64,000 nucleotides of DNA from an uncultured Verrucomicrobiae bacterium (GTDB taxonomy: Bacteria; Verrucomicrobiota; Verrucomicrobiia; Chthoniobacterales; JAFAMB01): assembly GCA_963837955.1 (NCBI GenBank), contig CAWIPH010000002.1, positions 800,001-864,000 of the forward strand, given 5' to 3'. The translations under genes and the position numbers were made by a program. The notes under the pieces are model-generated. The model had not been told where the DNA came from and ran no database searches. It saw only the letters and a program-made list of their open reading frames with translations. This document shows, in pieces, positions 60,524-64,000 of the stretch. The first letter of the stretch is position 1, and every line of letters starts with the position of its first letter.

Positions 60524-62626
60524 CTAAAACGCAAAGCCAAAACTCAAGTGGAACGCGCCGAAATCTTCATTGGTGCGAGGAGATGGATTTATCCCGTAAT
60601 CGACGCGCAACGGCCCGACCGGCAGGTTGTAACGCAATCCAGCGCCAACGCCCGTGCTAAAGGATGAAAAGGGCGAAGAACCGAGACCGCCGGCATCGAA
60701 GAAAATAGCTCCAACCAGATCTCCTACGATTGGGTGATCATATTCAACGTTCAACACCGAACGAGTGAGACCTCCGATCGGATTATTATTGTGGTCTCTT
60801 AAGCCCAATTCTCGTTCGGCGAAGCTGCGTACGGTATCGTCGCCGCCATTAAAAAAACGTTCTTGGATCGGTACGCCAAGATTTCCTCCCGAAGAGGGTG
60901 CGATAAACCCAAAGCGAACCCCGAACGCCAGAAGGCCCTTGCCGATCGGTTGATAATAGGAAAAGCGTTCGGTGAGTTGAAGGTAGCTGCTGGCATTCTG
61001 GAACGGTTCGGAAACAGAACCAGTCAGTGCCAGAATCCAACCGTGATGAGGATTTAGCGGACTATCGCGATAATCGATAGTCTGCGTGATACCAGCGGAT
61101 CCGATCTGGTAGGTTGTGGGACCAACTAGATTGGCCGGATCGATTGTGACGTTGCTCAAACTCACGCTCTTGAATTCTGCGTACACCCCGGTTTCAAAAT
61201 GAGTAGCATATTTTCGCGTGAGCGAAACTTGGCCGTAGGTGTTCGCATAGGAGTACCCCTGAACCATCTTATCTTCGATTCCGAGCACGACGCGGAAACG
61301 ATTCTTGGTATTCAGAAACCAGGGATCCTCGTAGGAGATTTTACCGTCCGGCCCTCGCACCGTGTATTCGGCCGAGACGGAGAAAATCTGACCCGCGCCG
61401 AAAATATTCCGGTTGGCGTAGGCAGCACCAAAAATGAGCCCGTCAAACGTCCGGTAACCACCGAAAACACTGAATTCTTTCGCCTTTGCCTCCAAGGGAG
61501 TAAGCGTGAGCGTAATTGTATCGTCCGCCTCAGCAGTTTCCTGGATTCCAAGGGTATCGAAAAGTCCGGTTTGCACCATTGCAGTGTTCACTGTTTGGAG
61601 CGATTTGGGCCGGTAAATCTGCCCCTGAAGCTCGGCGAAGCGATTGGGCAAAAATTCCGGCTTGAGCCGAGATTTAGGTTTTTGCTCTACGATAATCTTT
61701 CCGAACCGATAGATTGGCCCAGGAGTGGAGTGAACGTAAATCGGCACCCTTCCTCCTTTCCCAACGCGAGTAAAATCGGGTTCGACGGTTACCACGGCAG
61801 AATAGTGACCTTCACCTTTGTAGATGAACGTCAAATCGCGTTGAAGATTGCCCAGCTCAGCCTCCGAATAGGGAGCGGGTTGGTCAGTGAGAGACGAGAT
61901 CTTCGTCTGAAATTGGGCCATTGGAATTTCTGGATCGTTCTTGAAAGTGATCGGTCCAAAGAAATATCTCGGACCTTCAATGATCGTCACGGTGGCGTCG
62001 ACGACACGTCGCGCCTCATCCGGGTGCGTTTCCAACTTCACGATCTGCACCTTCGGAAAACCTTGTGAGATGTAGTAGCCCTGGACGAGCGATGTACCGG
62101 TCACTAGATCTGCTTCGACGTAAGGGAGATTCTTTTGGAATTGGGAGAAACGCGCCCTGGTGGTGCCGACCATGTAGTCGTTGAGTACGTCCGGAGAAAA
62201 TGTCTTGTCCCCCTTGAAACTGATGGTTCCCAAATTGTAGTACGGGCCCTCAGTGATACTCAGCTCCAAGTCTCGACCGTTGCTCAAGATTTTGTATTTT
62301 ACGTCCACCGCTGGATATCCGTGTCGCCGATAGAAAACGCCGAGGTAATAGGCCGTGTCGTCTGCCAGGGGTACGTTTAGTCCCTCGTTACGGATTTGCA
62401 GCAGCGGATCGGCGACTGCATCTCGTAAATCCTTTTCGGTGAAACTCTGATTCCCGACAAAATGAATTCTCGAGGCTGTTTCCGGCGGCGGCGTCGCTTG
62501 CATCTGGACGGTGGTTGCCGCTTGCTCGGCCGGCTTCGGGGTAGGCCCCCCCGGAGGCGGCGCTTGTCCATGAACGCTCGCCGCGATCACAATCTCAACG
62601 AACGCGGCGGCAACGAGACATTTCAT
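60524..62626 (-). CDS. Omp85-family (BamA/TamA-like) outer-membrane protein
   Basis: Signal peptide, POTRA-like repeats (FxGN...ITEGP), RFFNGG...VRSF, GLRYNLPVGPLRVDYG, C-terminal Phe. Confidence 0.92.
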   Translation of the reverse strand: MKCLVAAAFVEIVIAASVHGQAPPPGGPTPKPAEQAATTVQMQATPPPETASRIHFVGNQSFTEKDLRDAVADPLLQIRNEGLNVPLADDTAYYLGVFYRRHGYPAVDVKYKILSNGRDLELSITEGPYYNLGTISFKGDKTFSPDVLNDYMVGTTRARFSQFQKNLPYVEADLVTGTSLVQGYYISQGFPKVQIVKLETHPDEARRVVDATVTIIEGPRYFFGPITFKNDPEIPMAQFQTKISSLTDQPAPYSEAELGNLQRDLTFIYKGEGHYSAVVTVEPDFTRVGKGGRVPIYVHSTPGPIYRFGKIIVEQKPKSRLKPEFLPNRFAELQGQIYRPKSLQTVNTAMVQTGLFDTLGIQETAEADDTITLTLTPLEAKAKEFSVFGGYRTFDGLIFGAAYANRNIFGAGQIFSVSAEYTVRGPDGKISYEDPWFLNTKNRFRVVLGIEDKMVQGYSYANTYGQVSLTRKYATHFETGVYAEFKSVSLSNVTIDPANLVGPTTYQIGSAGITQTIDYRDSPLNPHHGWILALTGSVSEPFQNASSYLQLTERFSYYQPIGKGLLAFGVRFGFIAPSSGGNLGVPIQERFFNGGDDTVRSFAERELGLRDHNNNPIGGLTRSVLNVEYDHPIVGDLVGAIFFDAGGLGSSPFSSFSTGVGAGLRYNLPVGPLRVDYGINPSPRTNEDFGAFHLSFGFAF

Positions 62627-64000
62627 CGGAACCGAATGAGATATCGCAGCCGTCCACTCACGTCTCCTGCTTGACCGAATTCGCCGATCAACTGCCAGTT
62701 GTTCGTGAGGCTAAATCGTGCGCTGACGTCCTGCGTACCCGGACGGTCCCCTGGAATGATATCGACTTCGAGGCGCTCCAAGAAAGATTGTTGCTGAGCG
62801 TTGGGGCGAACTTTGAAGACCTTTGTGAGTAGCTGTTGCGCGAGTATAAAGGAGGCACGGCCGGCCAGGAGAGTGGGGTTTTGCACGAATTCCGAAGTCG
62901 TCGAGCCAGTAGCCAGAAGCGTAGCGATATCTCCCTGGGCCAATGGAGGGGTACTGTCGAATAAGATTTGGAAGTTGGAAACGTTTCCGAAAACTCGCAT
63001 CCGAACCTCATAATCGCGGATCAGGGAAACACCGGTGATATTGAAAGACGGGTTGAGTGGATTGCCGCCCGGAGAGAAGTCGATATAACCGTTGTTGATG
63101 TCGAGATGGCTGAAAGGAAGGGAAGCCGTCAACTGATCTACCCTGACGAATCCGGTGACGGTCGGTTGGAGCCCGGTACCACCAACCTGCAAATCGACAG
63201 TGACTTGGCCTCGAGCAAGGTTGCTCTGCACCAAGAACGGGCTATCGGTTTGTATCTTCACATTGAATTTCCAGTCTCGGACCGGGGGAGTCGTTATTGA
63301 GACACTACTGGGCGGAGGAATTGAAGGTGGCTGAGGCGCCGGGCGGCCAGGCAGGTTGAGTGGCAAGATATCAATGTCCTGGAAAAAGCGGCTATCGACC
63401 AGGCCGACCTTTCCGGCGATTTCTACTGTGGATAGCGGCCCGCGGACAGTTAGATCGATGTTGGATCGAACGATGATATTATCGCTCCGGGTCAGCAGGA
63501 GTTTCCGACTGGTTAGAGCGAGATCGAACTGAGGATTTGTTCCTTGGGCAAGGTCGATCGAACCGCTCAAAGAGAAGGGACCACCGCCCGCTAAACCGTT
63601 GAACCGGTCAAACGTCACGCGATGGTTATCGCGAAAATTGATGTCTACCGCAAAATCGGAGATGGGAGGAACGACGTCTGTAGAAGCACGGAACCGGGTT
63701 ACATTGGCCGACACCGCGCCGCTGATCTCGGGTTTGTCGAGTGTTCCGGCGACATTCGCGTCGATGGCGACTCGTCCTTCCAGGATTCGAATGAAGGGTG
63801 TCAGCTTACGCGCAAATTGCAGATTTGTTTCTGGCCAATGAACCGAGAGAGCAATCGGAGTATTTGCAGGGAGTTTTCCGCTGTCTAGCACCTGGGCAAC
63901 GTCGAGCGGGACTTTTCCTTGCACCTGCAAGGGCTGGATTTCCGGTTGTTGAAAATGTCCGTCTAAGGTCAGGACCTTATTGGCCAATTGCACGGTAAAA
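62623..64000 (-). CDS. tamB: TamB/DUF490-family protein, C-terminal part (5'-truncated by window edge)
   Basis: Beta-rich AsmA-like repeats, C-terminal LRYLIRFR, ATGA overlap with the Omp85 gene. Confidence 0.85.
   Translation of the reverse strand, partial: FTVQLANKVLTLDGHFQQPEIQPLQVQGKVPLDVAQVLDSGKLPANTPIALSVHWPETNLQFARKLTPFIRILEGRVAIDANVAGTLDKPEISGAVSANVTRFRASTDVVPPISDFAVDINFRDNHRVTFDRFNGLAGGGPFSLSGSIDLAQGTNPQFDLALTSRKLLLTRSDNIIVRSNIDLTVRGPLSTVEIAGKVGLVDSRFFQDIDILPLNLPGRPAPQPPSIPPPSSVSITTPPVRDWKFNVKIQTDSPFLVQSNLARGQVTVDLQVGGTGLQPTVTGFVRVDQLTASLPFSHLDINNGYIDFSPGGNPLNPSFNITGVSLIRDYEVRMRVFGNVSNFQILFDSTPPLAQGDIATLLATGSTTSEFVQNPTLLAGRASFILAQQLLTKVFKVRPNAQQQSFLERLEVDIIPGDRPGTQDVSARFSLTNNWQLIGEFGQAGDVSGRLRYLIRFR

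Noticed and set aside
61199..62068. 289-aa antisense ORF
   Set aside because: Shadow of the Omp85 gene.

Overview
A gene-dense bacterial chromosomal window, most likely from a Verrucomicrobiota (Chthoniobacterales/Spartobacteria-like) genome. That assignment is an inference from a compact GluRS, a Pup/UBact-type ligase outside Actinobacteria, the style of the outer-membrane proteins and the few clear Shine-Dalgarno motifs. About 50 CDS can be supported. Metabolism and housekeeping: cfa, aidB, ADH, SDRs, M3 peptidase, tal, fba, HpnO-like aminotransferase, ddl, pncB, gltX, aroE. Signalling: two sigma54 regulator/kinase pairs, a hybrid kinase, a PP2C-Ser/Thr kinase fusion and a PhoB-like regulator. 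Transport and envelope: RND pair, APC permease, GspE/F, two tandem porins, pstB, TamB/Omp85. I found no rRNA, tRNA, CRISPR array or intact transposase. Several intergenic REP/REPIN-like repeat elements and one probable IS66 remnant are present. Best leads: (1) a standalone unit encoding a small secreted 6-Cys/7-His peptide, with a sigma54-like promoter and a 3' hairpin; (2) a translationally coupled 2H-phosphoesterase plus very small Mini-RNase III pair; (3) an apparently intact PafA-family ligase with no modifier or proteasome genes nearby; (4) a phoB-like / duplicated porin / orphan pstB locus with Pho-box-like repeats; (5) a tandem pair of paralogous exported proteins of unknown family. All calls come from reading motifs by eye; no database searches were run.
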